The translations under genes and the position numbers were made by a program. DNA of 63,302 bases, filler included, from Octopus bimaculoides (lineage: Eukaryota), in assembly GCF_001194135.2 (NCBI RefSeq). It is 5 parts of 5 records of this genome, joined end to end, with 100 filler letters (N's around TTAATTAATTAA, not from the genome) between each part and the next. Parts side by side here need not be neighbours in the genome. Positions count along the whole stretch, not along the records: positions 27,230 to 43,652 come from NC_068984.1; positions 43,753 to 61,119 come from NC_068989.1; 3 more parts are not named here. One strand, 5' to 3'. The notes below the pieces were generated by a model. That model did not search any database, was not told the origin of the DNA, and saw only the letters and a list, made by a program, of their open reading frames with translations. Shown piece after piece: positions 38,101 to 50,368 of the stretch (the stretch's first letter is position 1; each line of letters opens with the position of its first letter).

Positions 38101-38485
38101 TAAGATTTAAAAGTCGTCTATATCCTTCTGAAACCAAATTCCGTTTCTAGATATATTAACAAAAGTTGGATTTTAACCTAAATTTAAATTTAGACTTTCT
38201 GTTATCAAATTCATATCCAAAATAGCATCAATTTTCTTGTTAGTTATGACATGAGGATACAATCAGTAGTAAAATATCAAAATTCACTAAAAGTAGGGTG
38301 GATGGGAGATAACCTTAAACAGTTTAAGTATTTTCTTTTTTCTTTAATAAAGAGATACGATTTTAACGCGTAAAATGATTATCAAAGCAAATGAACATGA
38401 ATTTAGTTATTAATACAGCTATTTCAATGGTCATTCCTCACACAAAACTGTTTCGAAGTAACTGTTCAAGGAATAATCTACCTAG

Positions 38486-38549
38486 TAGTAGCTAATATAG
38501 TCATGTTAGTATCATAAAAATGATATTAACATGACGATATTAGCTACTA
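38486..38549. repeat. 64-nt hairpin (30-bp stem, AAAA loop)
   Basis: TAGTAGCTAATATAGTCATGTTAGTATCAT / ATGATATTAACATGACGATATTAGCTACTA; 28/30 Watson-Crick pairs, 1 G-U, 1 mismatch. Confidence 0.93.
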
Positions 38550-39051
38550 TAAGTCGGATAAACAGCCACTCTAATATGAACAATATGTATATATATTGAT
38601 TCTGTTTCCTTATGTTTAGTAACTTATGGCAAATGAAATACAAGCTACTTATATTTGTTGTGAGGAAGTACAATATAATTCCGGATAGGATTTTAAATTG
38701 GAACTGACTGTTCTTGCAATAAAGAGACTACTGTAACATAGGTTGGTTGTGTATGAACTGTTAATCATTGGGCAATATTCAACTAGTAAAATGTCACATG
38801 AAGGTTATAAGTCATATATTTACGACAATAAGTGAATATCTATATTTAGCTATCTATAATTACCTGTCTATATTTTCTGAGCTAAAATTAGTGGAATATT
38901 TGTTGCGAATGAGTTAACTTCTAACAAGAGCCTACAAACTAGTATTCATTAGCTTGTCTATAAAGTATCTCTTCCTCTCTTGATTGTAGAAGTTCCCAAA
39001 TGCTTACGGAAAATAATTGCGTGATACTTTATAAACTGATTAGATATCGGC

Positions 39052-39102
<51 letters not shown>

Positions 39103-42100
39103 TATATATATATAATTATTTGATGTTCTCTCTTTCATATCAGCTCTAGCATTTTCAGATTGCTTTCTTATCAGCTAAATATTATCTTCACATTATTGTA
39201 AAATGAAACCACTTAGCAAAATGCTAACATGCCTTCTCCTCATGGAAATTTTATAGCACGGCCATTTATTAGCCTTCTTCTTAGTTATATATCAATTTTC
39301 ATGCAGGATCTATTTATCAGGCAATTATGCACACAACAGAGGAGACTATTGATGCATATTTCGCTAGTCGTAGGAAATTTAGCCGTTCCGTTTTGGTAAC
39401 ATGAATATATGCGGCAGCGACTTACTCACGAAAAGCACAGTCTGTTTTCAAAAGGACGGAACTAATTAGAAGCAGCTGACGTAAAAGTACTTTGATAGCA
39501 TTGGAATATTTGCTGGTTGAATAACGAAAGCTATTTTCATTCATATCACTTCAATGTATCTTATGAAGTTTGACTAGCCTAAAACAATAACACACACACA
39601 CAAGCATACATATATAAGTATACATATGTATGTGTATAAGTTATTATACGAATAATACACAATTTAACCCACTATTAACATGGCATTGATCCATTCATAA
39701 TTGGTGCGATAATATCAAAAATTCATTTAGCCTCAAGCATGTATATGAATTGATTCTTACGCCGTACAATATCCATGAGATATTGAAGAAAAGTTCAAAA
39801 TAAACATTAAATACAATCATATGTAGATTTACAGCAGAGACTCTATGTTTTGATACATTTTATCATTGCACGGATCTATTCACATGCTTTAAAACCTAAT
39901 AGAAGATTTGCATTAGAAATAACATTAGAAAAAATAATAAACATGTCAGAAATTGAAAAGCAGCCAAAATAAATAAAGAACAGCTTTGAAAAATTCATAA
40001 GACCTTTCGAATATTAATAATATATGATGTATTTTATGCCAATTTTACTCTTTTTAGGGGACGAGATAAATCTGAAATTTTATGAGGAAACTGATAGCGG
40101 TAGAATTATATTACTATATTTATTTTCCTTTTACTGAGAGCGAAATATATAGCTACAATACAAATCTCTATTTAGAATTAGACGATAAAAGTCTCAATTG
40201 TAAATGGAACTTTTGGCGTTCCAAGAATTACAATTACCCACTGGAGAAACAAAATAATTAAAAAATGTATAAATAAGAATTGATCTTGTTATATTCACAA
40301 ACATCAAATATTGAGCAAGAAAATGGAAATAAAATGCTGATTACTATCAGCTATAATTTTAAGTGTTAAATTATAAAATTCATAAAGCATTCGTAACGAA
40401 AATAACGCACAGCACACACACAAACGCTAAAATTCTAATTGATCCAAAACAGCAGAATGGGAAAAGAGTACTGTGTAGTAACTATAAGAGCATAGTGTGG
40501 AACTGAAATACTTCAGGCAAAATAGACATACACAGTAGATCTCTCTCTCTCTCTCTCTCTCCCTCTCACTCTCTATTTCTATCTATTTCCCTTTCTCTCT
40601 CTCTCTCTCTGTCTCTCTCTCAAACACACACACATGCCCGCGCACACACAAATACACACATGTATACACACACACACACACATATATATATATACGTATA
40701 CATACACACAGACACACACACAGACACACACACACACACACACNNNNNNNNNNNNNNNNNNNNNNNNNNNNNNNNNNNNNNNNNNNNNNNNNNNNNNNNN
40801 NNNNNNNNNNNNNNNNNNNNNNNNNNNNNNNNNNNNNNNNNNNNNNNNNNNNNNNNNNNNNNNNNNNNNNNNNNNNNNNNNNNNNNNNNNNNNNNNNNNN
40901 NNNNNNNNNNNNNNNNNNNNNNNNNNNNNNNNNNNNNNNNNNNNNNNNNNNNNNNNNNNNNNNNNNNNNNNNNNNNNNNNNNNNNNNNNNNNNNNNNNNN
41001 NNNNNNNNNNNNNNNNNNNNNNNNNNNNNNNNNNNNNNNNNNNNNNNNNNNNNNNNNNNNNNNNNNNAATGCCAGTGTAACATTCCCATCAAAATTCTTT
41101 TAAGTGCAAACATAGCAGTATTGATCTTCTTTAGGAAGACAAGAGAAGGTGCGTATTGTCATAAAAGCCAACAGTCCTGCTGATACGAATGTGTCTACGA
41201 ATCTCAGAGAGAAAGAATATAAGTACAGACAAATACTTCAAAACTTTTAGGGTCTATACTCAGATTAGAAATTCACATTCATACCAATAATAATCGTTTT
41301 ATTAGTAGATGCCTACATAACAAATTCGGAAAACTAGGTTTTTGTTTTTTTTAAATAGAAGTCAGCCAGCTATCAGGAATATTATAAATAAAATTTCAAG
41401 GCGGAGCAGTAAAAATATAGATGACTTTACGCAAGTTCATAATATATGGTTTGTGGTATATACATTCCAACGATGGAGTGTTATATTCTTGTTAGAGACC
41501 AGCTTTTTCCTAACAAGAAAGAAACGTTCTTATATGGTTTTGTATTCTTCTCATATATTATTTCGCTTTCATCACTTCTAATTCGAAGAGAAATATTAGC
41601 ATCATGCATATTCATTTAGTCCTAAATAAGAGGTTGTTTTCATATCTCAGGCAGATAAATGTTATGTATTAGATTATAGATCGTTTTTACCGTTCGCATG
41701 TTTGCTACCAGTGTACAGATCACGGCAATCTTATGATAGAATGAAAATATAAAAAAATGATAAAATATACAGAGGAACAGGGTAAGGAGAGACAATACAA
41801 ATTGTTTCTACAAGCGCATGTAGACTAACGAGGCTCACACAGATCATAAGCTTCAAAATACTGTCAATACGAATAACTTTTATATGAAACATTTTACAGA
41901 ACACTTTGCACCTTAATTTCTTTGAATTTCGAATTTGCTGGAACAATATGGAAGAGCATGCTTATAAAGAGTTTGTTGAGACATTCTTGCAAATGCATGT
42001 ACTTCATATGAAAGGAAGTATACATATATAAATATCTCGCGTACGTGCGTGAGTGTGTGTATGTTTGTATCTGTGTGTATATGAGCAGCTGTGCGCGTGT

Positions 42101-42106
42101 GTCTGT

Positions 42107-42138
<32 letters not shown>

Positions 42139-42148
42139 CTGTGTGTGT

Positions 42149-42224
<76 letters not shown>

Positions 42225-42457
42225 TTGTCTGTGTCTGTGTGTGCCTGCTTGTTATATGGGTACAGAAGATGGAAGTAGAATCGATATTTTTTTACGANNN
42301 NNNNNNNNNNNNNNNNNNNNNNNNNNNNNNNNNNNNNNNNNNNNNNNNNNNNNNNNNNNNNNNNNNNNNNNNNNNNNNNNNNNNNNNNNNNNNNNNNNNN
42401 NNNNNNNNNNNNNNNNNNNNNNNNNNNGATCTTATATACGTGTACATGTGTACGTCT

Positions 42458-42538
<81 letters not shown>

Positions 42539-43004
42539 CATGTGTGTGTGTGAGTCTGTGCGTTTGTCGATACATAATCCTTCGCAAACGTATATTTACA
42601 CACGTACACCTGCAAAGCGAATCAAGTGCATACATACTTGCACGCGTTTTGTTTGCAAAACCAATCCTATAAGTGTTGGAACTAAAAACAAGCATGCACG
42701 TTGCGTTTTTTACTTTTTCTATATTTTTTCCCGGATTTTGCGCTTGTGTGTACATCATTGCCATCATTTCCAACCTTTACTTTTTGTTTTACGTACATTA
42801 TCTTGTTATCAGATATGCTACAACAATCCTTATTATTGGGGTTTATATATACTTATTACTTTATTATAATGATAAAATATGTTTATACTACTAACAGTAT
42901 TAGGAAAATATATATTGTCATCATCAATATTGATACTATTTTATAATCTATGAATGTAGTAGTAGTGGTAGTAGTAGTAGTAGTAGTAGTAGTAGTAATA
43001 GTAC

Positions 43005-43057
<53 letters not shown>

Positions 43058-43752
43058 ACAACGAATTTCTCAATTGATTTAATGCGTCTACTACAGTTTT
43101 TCTAACTAGCTTTCCAAGAGAGGAAAGAAAAAGTGCTTTCTCTAAGGTTATGTCCTGACTTTTCATATGAAGTGTGAAAACTGCATTGGCGTTTTCACTG
43201 CTGCTTTTAAGTTATTTACGAAATAAAATATTGAATGGAAGCCATTAACATCAGTAATGCTATGTTTTTAGTTAATCCTGATTAATTTTTTTTTTTTTTT
43301 TCATTTTATGGGTAGAAGCAATCAGTCGCAAATAACTTGAAACTGCATTCCACAATACAATTTTGATAATGTTATATCGTCAGACCCATGTATGTATTGT
43401 TGTTGATTAGCCAAATATCAGCCCTGATCCGGCAAATCTATCATCTAAGTACTTCGAGTAACAACCATTCTATCAAAGAAAAATATATCCGACTTGCCCT
43501 TTTTCTGACTAACGCTATGGTACGATTTATGAGATAGTTGTTTTCTTATTTTAGCTAGTTAAGCAACTGCCTGAAGGTTCTCCCGTTGATTCGATTTATC
43601 TAGTACACATAAAACACACATTCATACACATACACACAAATATATCATATATNNNNNNNNNNNNNNNNNNNNNNNNNNNNNNNNNNNNNNNNNNNNTTAA
43701 TTAATTAANNNNNNNNNNNNNNNNNNNNNNNNNNNNNNNNNNNNNNNNNNNN

Positions 43753-44193
43753 CTTTCTCTTTAATACTTTCAATTTCATACTGAAACTATTAAAGTGAGA
43801 CTATACTCTCACATATATACAAGCATACTATAAGACCCAAGTTAAAAACATTCCCAACAATTCAACTTCTCTGGTTGACATAACACACCAACCCCCAATA
43901 GGGACCTTCATTCCCACATTTTAGAGCTCTATGAGCTCCATTTTTCAGGAGCAAAATCCTTTTTACAGGTTCCAGAAAACTGAAATTTTGGAATATGCGC
44001 ATAAAGATCAATAGTATGGGATACATGTCTCATGATTAGAATTTTTTAGGGTGTGTAAAGAGGGAAAGAACCCTCATGTACAATTTTCATGAAATTCGAA
44101 TCATATGTATTCCAGTTCCTTACAGAAAATATAACAGAAAAGTCTCATTCTTCAATTGCATGTAACACGGGCAACGCCGGGTATCTCTGCTAG
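43753..44193 (+). mobile_element. Helitron-like 3' terminus
   Basis: GC-rich mini-hairpin CGGGCAACGCCGG followed ~9 nt later by CTAG|T (44190-44194); 5' end lost in a gap. Confidence 0.6.
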
Positions 44194-44479
44194 TTTATAT
44201 ATATGAAACACTGTTAACCAACATATTTACTTTATAAACATCTAAACAATAAGCAAAGGACTCTAACTAAATATGGCCTTAACAATGAGGTGGCATTAAT
44301 GGTGAAGTTATATATATATATATATATATATAATTGTGTCTTGGGAGATATTAATAACATTCACACTGGTTCAATTCTTCTTTATTATTAGTAAGTTGGC
44401 TGAATATCTATCCAACTAACTAACTTGCAAACCAAATACAGAAACGAATTATATAATGTATGAGGTAGGAGGCTCTAAA

Positions 44480-47400
44480 AGGGGTCTCAGGGAGTAGCAT
44501 CCCTGCTTTCCCGAGCTAGTTTTCCACCATATTTCTTAAAAATCATGGTAGAGGCCTTGGTCTTGGAACCACTCGTATCTAGAAACTGAGGTTGGGTGTA
44601 AACAAGGGCATGCTCCACATAGAAAATCCAGCTCTTAAAAAGCCTCATGATAATAGCAAAGGAGAATGGACACCAACCAGTCCAAAGGTTGGGGTGGGCT
44701 GCACCTGCCTACCTGTAAAAGGAAGGTGCAAACCCTCATCCTGGGTTGCAAGCATGATTTTGCTTATGATGGAAGTTGGAATGTGGGCAGTCTGTGTGGA
44801 AGGGGAGCTGAGATGTGTGAGGAATTGAGAAAGAGGAGGGTGGATGTGTGCTGTGTGCAGGAGGTTGGAGGGGCCAGTATGCAAGATTTGTGGGGGTCAA
44901 GGGAAGAAGCTACAAATTGTGATGGTTGGGAAATGGCAAGGGGACTGGAGGTGTGGGAGTTTTGGTGATGGAAGAAATCTGTGAGAAGGTGGTGGAGGCC
45001 AGGAGAAAGAGTGACAGAGTGATGACAGTAGTGTTAGCATTTGAGGAAGAAGTGGTGAGGGTGATTTGTGGGTATGGTTCGCAAAGTGGAAGATGTATCG
45101 CGGAGAAAGAGCAGTTCTTTGATGAAATGGTGAATGAGTGGGACTTACAAAGGTAGATGAATTGGTTTTGGGCATGGGTGATTTTAATGGTCATGTTGGG
45201 AAATGAATCCAGGGCTTTGAGGGTGTGCATAGGGGAAATGGAATTGGGGAGAGAAATTTGGAAGGAAGGATGCTGTTGGAGTTTTGTGATGAGAAAGAGT
45301 TGTGTGTGGCGGATATGTGGTTTAGGAAAACAGAGAAAAGGAAGGTGACTTTCAGTGCAGGAAGGAATGAGAGAGATTGATTTCGTATTGGTTGGCAGGG
45401 AAAATAGAAAATATCTGAGAAATATGAAGACAATACCAGGGGAGTTGCAGCACAGGCTGTTGGTTGCTAACTTGGATAAGAGGAAAGTTTAAAAGGGCGT
45501 GAGAAAGGGAATGGTTGAGAGGAGAAAGGTGTGGAAACTGAAGGAAGAAGAAACAAGAGCAAGTTAAGGAGTTGGTAAGCATTGATGCACCGGATTTATG
45601 AAAGTCTTTTAAAGAAGGGGTGCTAAAGACATGTGACGAAGTGTGTGGAAGGATGAAAGGTAGCAGAGATCGAGGAGATATGTGGTGGTGGATTGAGGAG
45701 GTGAGGGATGCGATGGTGAGGAAAAGGAGGCGCATAAAGCTTTATGTAATAATAGGACTGAGCAAATGAAAGCCAGGTATAATAACATGAAGAATCATGC
45801 AAAGAGGGTGGTTGCGAGATCTATGAGGAAGGAGGCTGAGGAGAGGTTGAGCGGGGTGGATGAGAACCCAGATAGAGTGTTTAGGTTTATTAAATCAATG
45901 AAAAAAGATGGAAGAGTTGTTGAGGGAAGAAGATGCATGAGAGGGTTGAATTTTAGTGAGAAGGCCAAGGGAAGAGTTTGGAAGGAGCATATGGGGGTGG
46001 GGGGATTATGCACGAGGAGAATGAATAGGATCAGAGGGTGGAAGTTGTTGTAGTGAAGGGGCCAGAGGGTTAGTTGGGAAGAAGTAGCAGAGGCAATGTA
46101 GGAAATGAAAACGGGAAAGGCAGCTGGTCCAGCAGAAGTAAGTGTGGAAATGATAACTGCAAGTAGAGAGATAGGGATTGTTGTGATGATGGAGCTCTAC
46201 CAGGGTGTGTGGGATGGAAGAGAAATGCAAGATGATTGGGCAGTAAGTGTGGTGGTATCGATCTTCAGGGGGAAGGGGCATGTGATAAGTTGTGGGGCAT
46301 ATAGAGGAGTGAAGTTATTGGAGCATGCAATGAAGATAATGGAAAGGGTGTTGGAGAGGAGAATTCAGAAAGTGGTGGATGTGGATGAGATGTAATTTGG
46401 TTTTATGCCAGGAATGGGGACAATAGATGCAGTGTTCATTGCAAGGAGATTGCAGGAGGAATACCGAGATAAGGGGAAAGAGTTGTACATGTGCTTCATT
46501 GATCTGGAGAAAGCATTTGATAGGGTTCCAAGGAAGGTGATTGAGTAGGCATTGAGGAAGAGAGGTGTACTAGAGGTAATAGTGAGAGCAGTGATGAGTT
46601 TGTATGAGGGGTTAAAGATGAGCGAGAATTGGATCAGAGCTGTTGGAGGAGTTTGTGGTGAAAGTTGGTGTGCATCAGGGATCTGTGTTGTCACCATTGT
46701 TGTTTACAATAGTGGTTGATGTAACAGAGTGCAAGAGAAGGATTGATAATGGAGATACTGTATGCGGATGATCTTGTTCTGATGAGTGAGACGATGGAAG
46801 TATTGAAGGAGAAGTTTTGGAAATGGAAGGAAGCATTTGAAAGCAAGGTACTCCTTGAGGAGACAAAGGTGATGGTGAGCGGGATGGAAGGACAAGTGTT
46901 AGTGAGTAAGGTGGATCCATGTGGTGTATGTGGGAGGAGGGTAATGGCAAATGCAGTGTTGCATATGAGATGTGAGAAATGGATTCATGGTAGATGTATA
47001 AAAATGAAGAAAGTGAACCTACAACTTGCAAGAGAGTTTATTTTTGAAAGATGTGAGAAAGGAGCTGACGAAGTCAGTGGAAACACTATGTGACGAGGTG
47101 GAGACGGTGAGAGGGTTTGTTATTTGGGAGAAAGGGTGGATGTAAGTGGTGGATGTGAAGCAGCTGTGACAGCAAGAGCGAGACTTGGCTGGGTGAAGTT
47201 CAGGGAATGTAGAGTGTCATTACATGGGAAAAAGTTCTCATTGAAGATGAACGGAAAGGTCTATAGAAGTTGTGTGAGAGCTGCAATGCTGTATGGGAGA
47301 GAGACATGGTGTCTGAGGGAGAGAGAGATGGAAATTTTCAGAAGGACTGAGAGAGCAATGGTAAGAGAAATGTGTGGCATGAGGCTGTTTGATAAGAAGA

Positions 47401-47745
47401 GGACTGAGGACTTGATGGGGATGCTGGGGTTGGAGGAATCAGTAGCACGGCTGGCAAAGTCGAATGGAGTGTGGTGGTATGGGCATGTGTTGAGGAGGGA
47501 TGAGGAACATGTTCTGAAGAGAATCCTAGAGTTTGAGGTGAATGGACAGTGAAAGCGAGGTAGACTGAGGGAAATGTGCAGGGGACAGGTGGAGGAGGAG
47601 ATTGGGACGGTTGGCTTGAGAAGGGAGGATGCCCAAAACAGGGCAAGATGGTGAGATGGTGTGAGAGCAGTTGCTATGGCATTGAGGTAGATCTGGCCAC
47701 CCCCGTTAATGGGGACAAACCCCGGATTTAAAATGATGGATGATG
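44480..47745 (+). mobile_element. Near-full-length decayed RTE-clade LINE (APE endonuclease + RT)
   Basis: GSWNVGSL...DVCCVQEV, GDFNGHVG, GKAAGP, YRGVKLLEHAMKIMERVLERR, AFDRVP, LYADDLVL (46761), AMLYG.ETW, WYGHVLRR; 3' end ...TTAAAATGATG then (TATG)n; multiple stops and frameshifts. Confidence 0.95.
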
Positions 47746-47832
47746 TATGTATGTATGTATGTATATGTATATATTGGAAAAAGGAGAACAAAGAATTTGA
47801 ACATTCAGACATTATGCTTGCTTACAGTTGGT

Positions 47833-47943
47833 TTATTCATAATAATTGTCTGACATGTGTTTCGATCATATTAATTGCATATTGTTGCATATTTATATGC
47901 AACGATTAATGCATTATTAGTATGATCTCTTCAGGGTGAATAA
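47833..47943 (-). ncRNA. Type I hammerhead ribozyme motif (HHR1), extended stem II, proximal stem I disrupted
   Basis: Minus strand CTGAAGA (47934-47928), stem II GATCATA/TATGATC, GAAA (47863-47860), C-ACAT-GTC with predicted cleavage between 47852 and 47851; distal pairing TTATTCA/TGAATAA. Confidence 0.7.
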
Positions 47944-48149
47944 CTATTGCAACGTTTGGAGATGAATTATAGGCCTTGTGTCTATAATAAGAAAGATTGT
48001 TTGGAGATGAATTTTCTCTATTGCTTGTTTGAATTAGGCTTGGCAGTGGTAGTAGTAATCCATGTTCTTCATTGATGAGCTATTATTCATAGCCGAATAC
48101 TTGGATAAAAACTCAGCAGCATCAACAGTATTTTGAGTTCAAGCTATAT

Positions 48150-48271
48150 TTTGAGTTCAAATTCTGCCGATGTCAATTTTGTCTTTCATCCTTTCGAGGT
48201 CAATAAATTAAGTACCAGATGAGTGCTAGGGTCGATGTAATCAACTATCCCCCTCCCCCAAATTTTAGGAC
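48150..48271 (+). mobile_element. SINE family A fragment
   Basis: GAGTTCAAATTCTGCC...CATCCTTTCGAGGTCAATAAATTAAGTACC. Confidence 0.8.
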
Positions 48272-48319
48272 CACCACCACCACCATCATTACCATCACCA
48301 CCACCACCACTGGGTCTTC

Positions 48320-48488
48320 TCAACAGTATCTGCATTAGCAATCACTCTCTTGCACTTTCTGTTACATCAACCACTATTGTAAACAACAATGGTGACAACA
48401 CAGATCCCTGATGCACACCAACTTTCACCACAAACTCCTCCAACAGCTCTGATCCAATTTTCGCTCATCTTTATCCCCTCATACAAAC
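48320..48488 (-). mobile_element. Inverted copy of an RT segment of the 44480-47745 LINE
   Basis: Reverse complement is nearly identical to ~46607-46770 (e.g. GGAGGAGTTTGTGGTGAAAGTTGGTGTGCATCAGGGATCTGTGTTGTCACC). Confidence 0.9.
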
Positions 48489-48494
48489 TGTGTG

Positions 48495-48526
<32 letters not shown>

Positions 48527-48545
48527 ATGCTTGTGTGTCATTGTT

Positions 48546-48587
<42 letters not shown>

Positions 48588-48589
48588 TT

Positions 48590-49150
48590 TTTTTACTGGG
48601 CTGGTTATGCAACACTGGTATAGGGTATGGTTGTGATCTCACTTTACTTGCCGGGTCTTCTCAATCACAGCATATCTCCAGAGGTCTCAGTGTCTTGTCA
48701 TTGCCTCTGTTAGGCCCAACGTTCGAAGGTTGTGCTTCACCACTTCATCCCATGTCTTCTTGGGTCTCCCTCTTCCATAGGTTCCTTCCACTGTTAGGGA
48801 GTGACACTTCACACAGCTCTCCTCATCCGTATGCAGCGCATGACCATACCAGCGCAGTCGTCTCTCTTGCACACCACATCTGATGCTTCCTATGTCCAAC
48901 ATTTCCCTCAGGGCACTTACACTCTGTTGTGTGTGCACACTGACATTACACACCCAGCGGATCATACTAGCTTCATTTCTTTCAAGCCTACGTATGTCCT
49001 CAATGGTCATAGCCCATGTTTCACTGCCATGTAGCATGGCAGTACGCACACATTCATCATACAGTCTACCTTTCACTCTGAGTGAGAGGCCCTTTGTCCC
49101 CAGCAGAGGTAGGCTCCCATGCTGGTGGCAAGCAATAAGCACCATTTATG
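48590..49150 (-). mobile_element. Second RTE family, 3' fragment
   Basis: LSLRVKGRLYDECVRTAMLHGSETW...RRLRWYGH...RGRPKKTW. Confidence 0.88.
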
Positions 49151-49352
49151 CACAGGTCGTTGCCAGTGCTGCCTGACTGGCTCTCTGTGCCAGTGGCATG
49201 TAAAAAGTACCATCCGAACATGGTCAATGCCAGCCTCATTTATTAATTTTACCTTTTTGGTTTTAATTGCTAACAGGCCACCTATATTATAATGTATTTA
49301 ATATATCTTAAGATATGTTATTATAATATCTTATTGTATTTTATATGTGTGT

Positions 49353-49584
49353 TATTTCTTTACTACCCACAAGGGGCTACACACAGAGGGGACAAACAAG
49401 GACAGACAAATGGATTAAGTCGATTATACCGACCCCAGTGCGTAACTGGTACTTATTTAATCGACCCCGAAAGGATGAAAGGCAAAGTTGACCTCGGTGG
49501 AATTTGAACTCAGAACGTAGCGGCAGACGAAATACCGCTAAGCATTTCGCCCGGCCTGCTAACATTTCTGCCAGCTCGCTGCCC
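49353..49584 (-). mobile_element. Young full-length SINE A with alternative 3' tail and 18-nt TSD
   Basis: TSD TGTATTTTATATGTGTGT at 49335-49352 and 49585-49602; tail TTTGTCTGTCCTTGTTTGTCCCC...GTAAAGAAATAA differs from the other A copies. Confidence 0.92.
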
Positions 49585-49629
49585 TGTATTTTATATGTGT
49601 GTGTGTGTGTGTGTACCGTTGTCTTGAAA

Positions 49630-49830
49630 TCATGCAGTGTTTGTGAATGAGCATCTTCATGCAAGCAATATTATTCATTTCCAGTTATCCATGAAAGAGT
49701 TGTTTGGTCATGGTGACATGTTACCTTGCTTGGAAACAGGTAGAGCATTTGGCTTTAGAAAGTCTGCCTCAACAAATTCCGTCTGACCTGTGCAAGCATG
49801 GAAAAGTGGACATTAAGAGAATGATGATGA
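49630..49830 (+). mobile_element. RTE-tailed non-autonomous repeat
   Basis: Ends GCAAGCATGGAAAAGTGGACATTAAGAGAATGATGATGA, like the family C tail. Confidence 0.55.
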
Positions 49831-50187
49831 AATGATGCACAGTTACAGTAACAATGATTTGTTGCAATGTTGAAATATATCATAAGCAACAAGACTTAAC
49901 TAAAACACTTAAAGCCACCAAAATTTCTTAGTTACACAATCTTTCCTGGCTTCCACAACATATGAAATTGCATTTCAAAGACAATCCTCTTTTTCAGAGT
50001 CAGAAAATATTTCAGCACCAACCTTCCTTCTCATCTACAAAATTGTCACAATGGACTACTAGTCTCATATCAAAAGAAGGCATTTCGACTTATTAGCAAA
50101 GACATTTTTACCAGCACACCACAACTCTGTCTTTTCTATCATTACCACAGTGGCATTGTTTTGATGGCATGCATTGCTCTTTCACTC

Positions 50188-50237
<50 letters not shown>

Positions 50238-50368
50238 TTTAATTTGCCACCAGTGCAATGGATGAAGGGGACAATAAAAAGACAGATATAAAGTGTGAGA
50301 GTTTACATAGAATGAGATGATATATAAAAAAAAAAGAAAATATACATAAAGGAAATGAACATAGTATA

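Noticed and set aside
39301-39399. MQDLFIRQLCTQQRRLL... as a mitochondrial-targeting first exon of HAGH
   Set aside because: Careful translation gives ...MHISLVVGNLAVPFW* with an in-frame stop and no convincing in-frame donor
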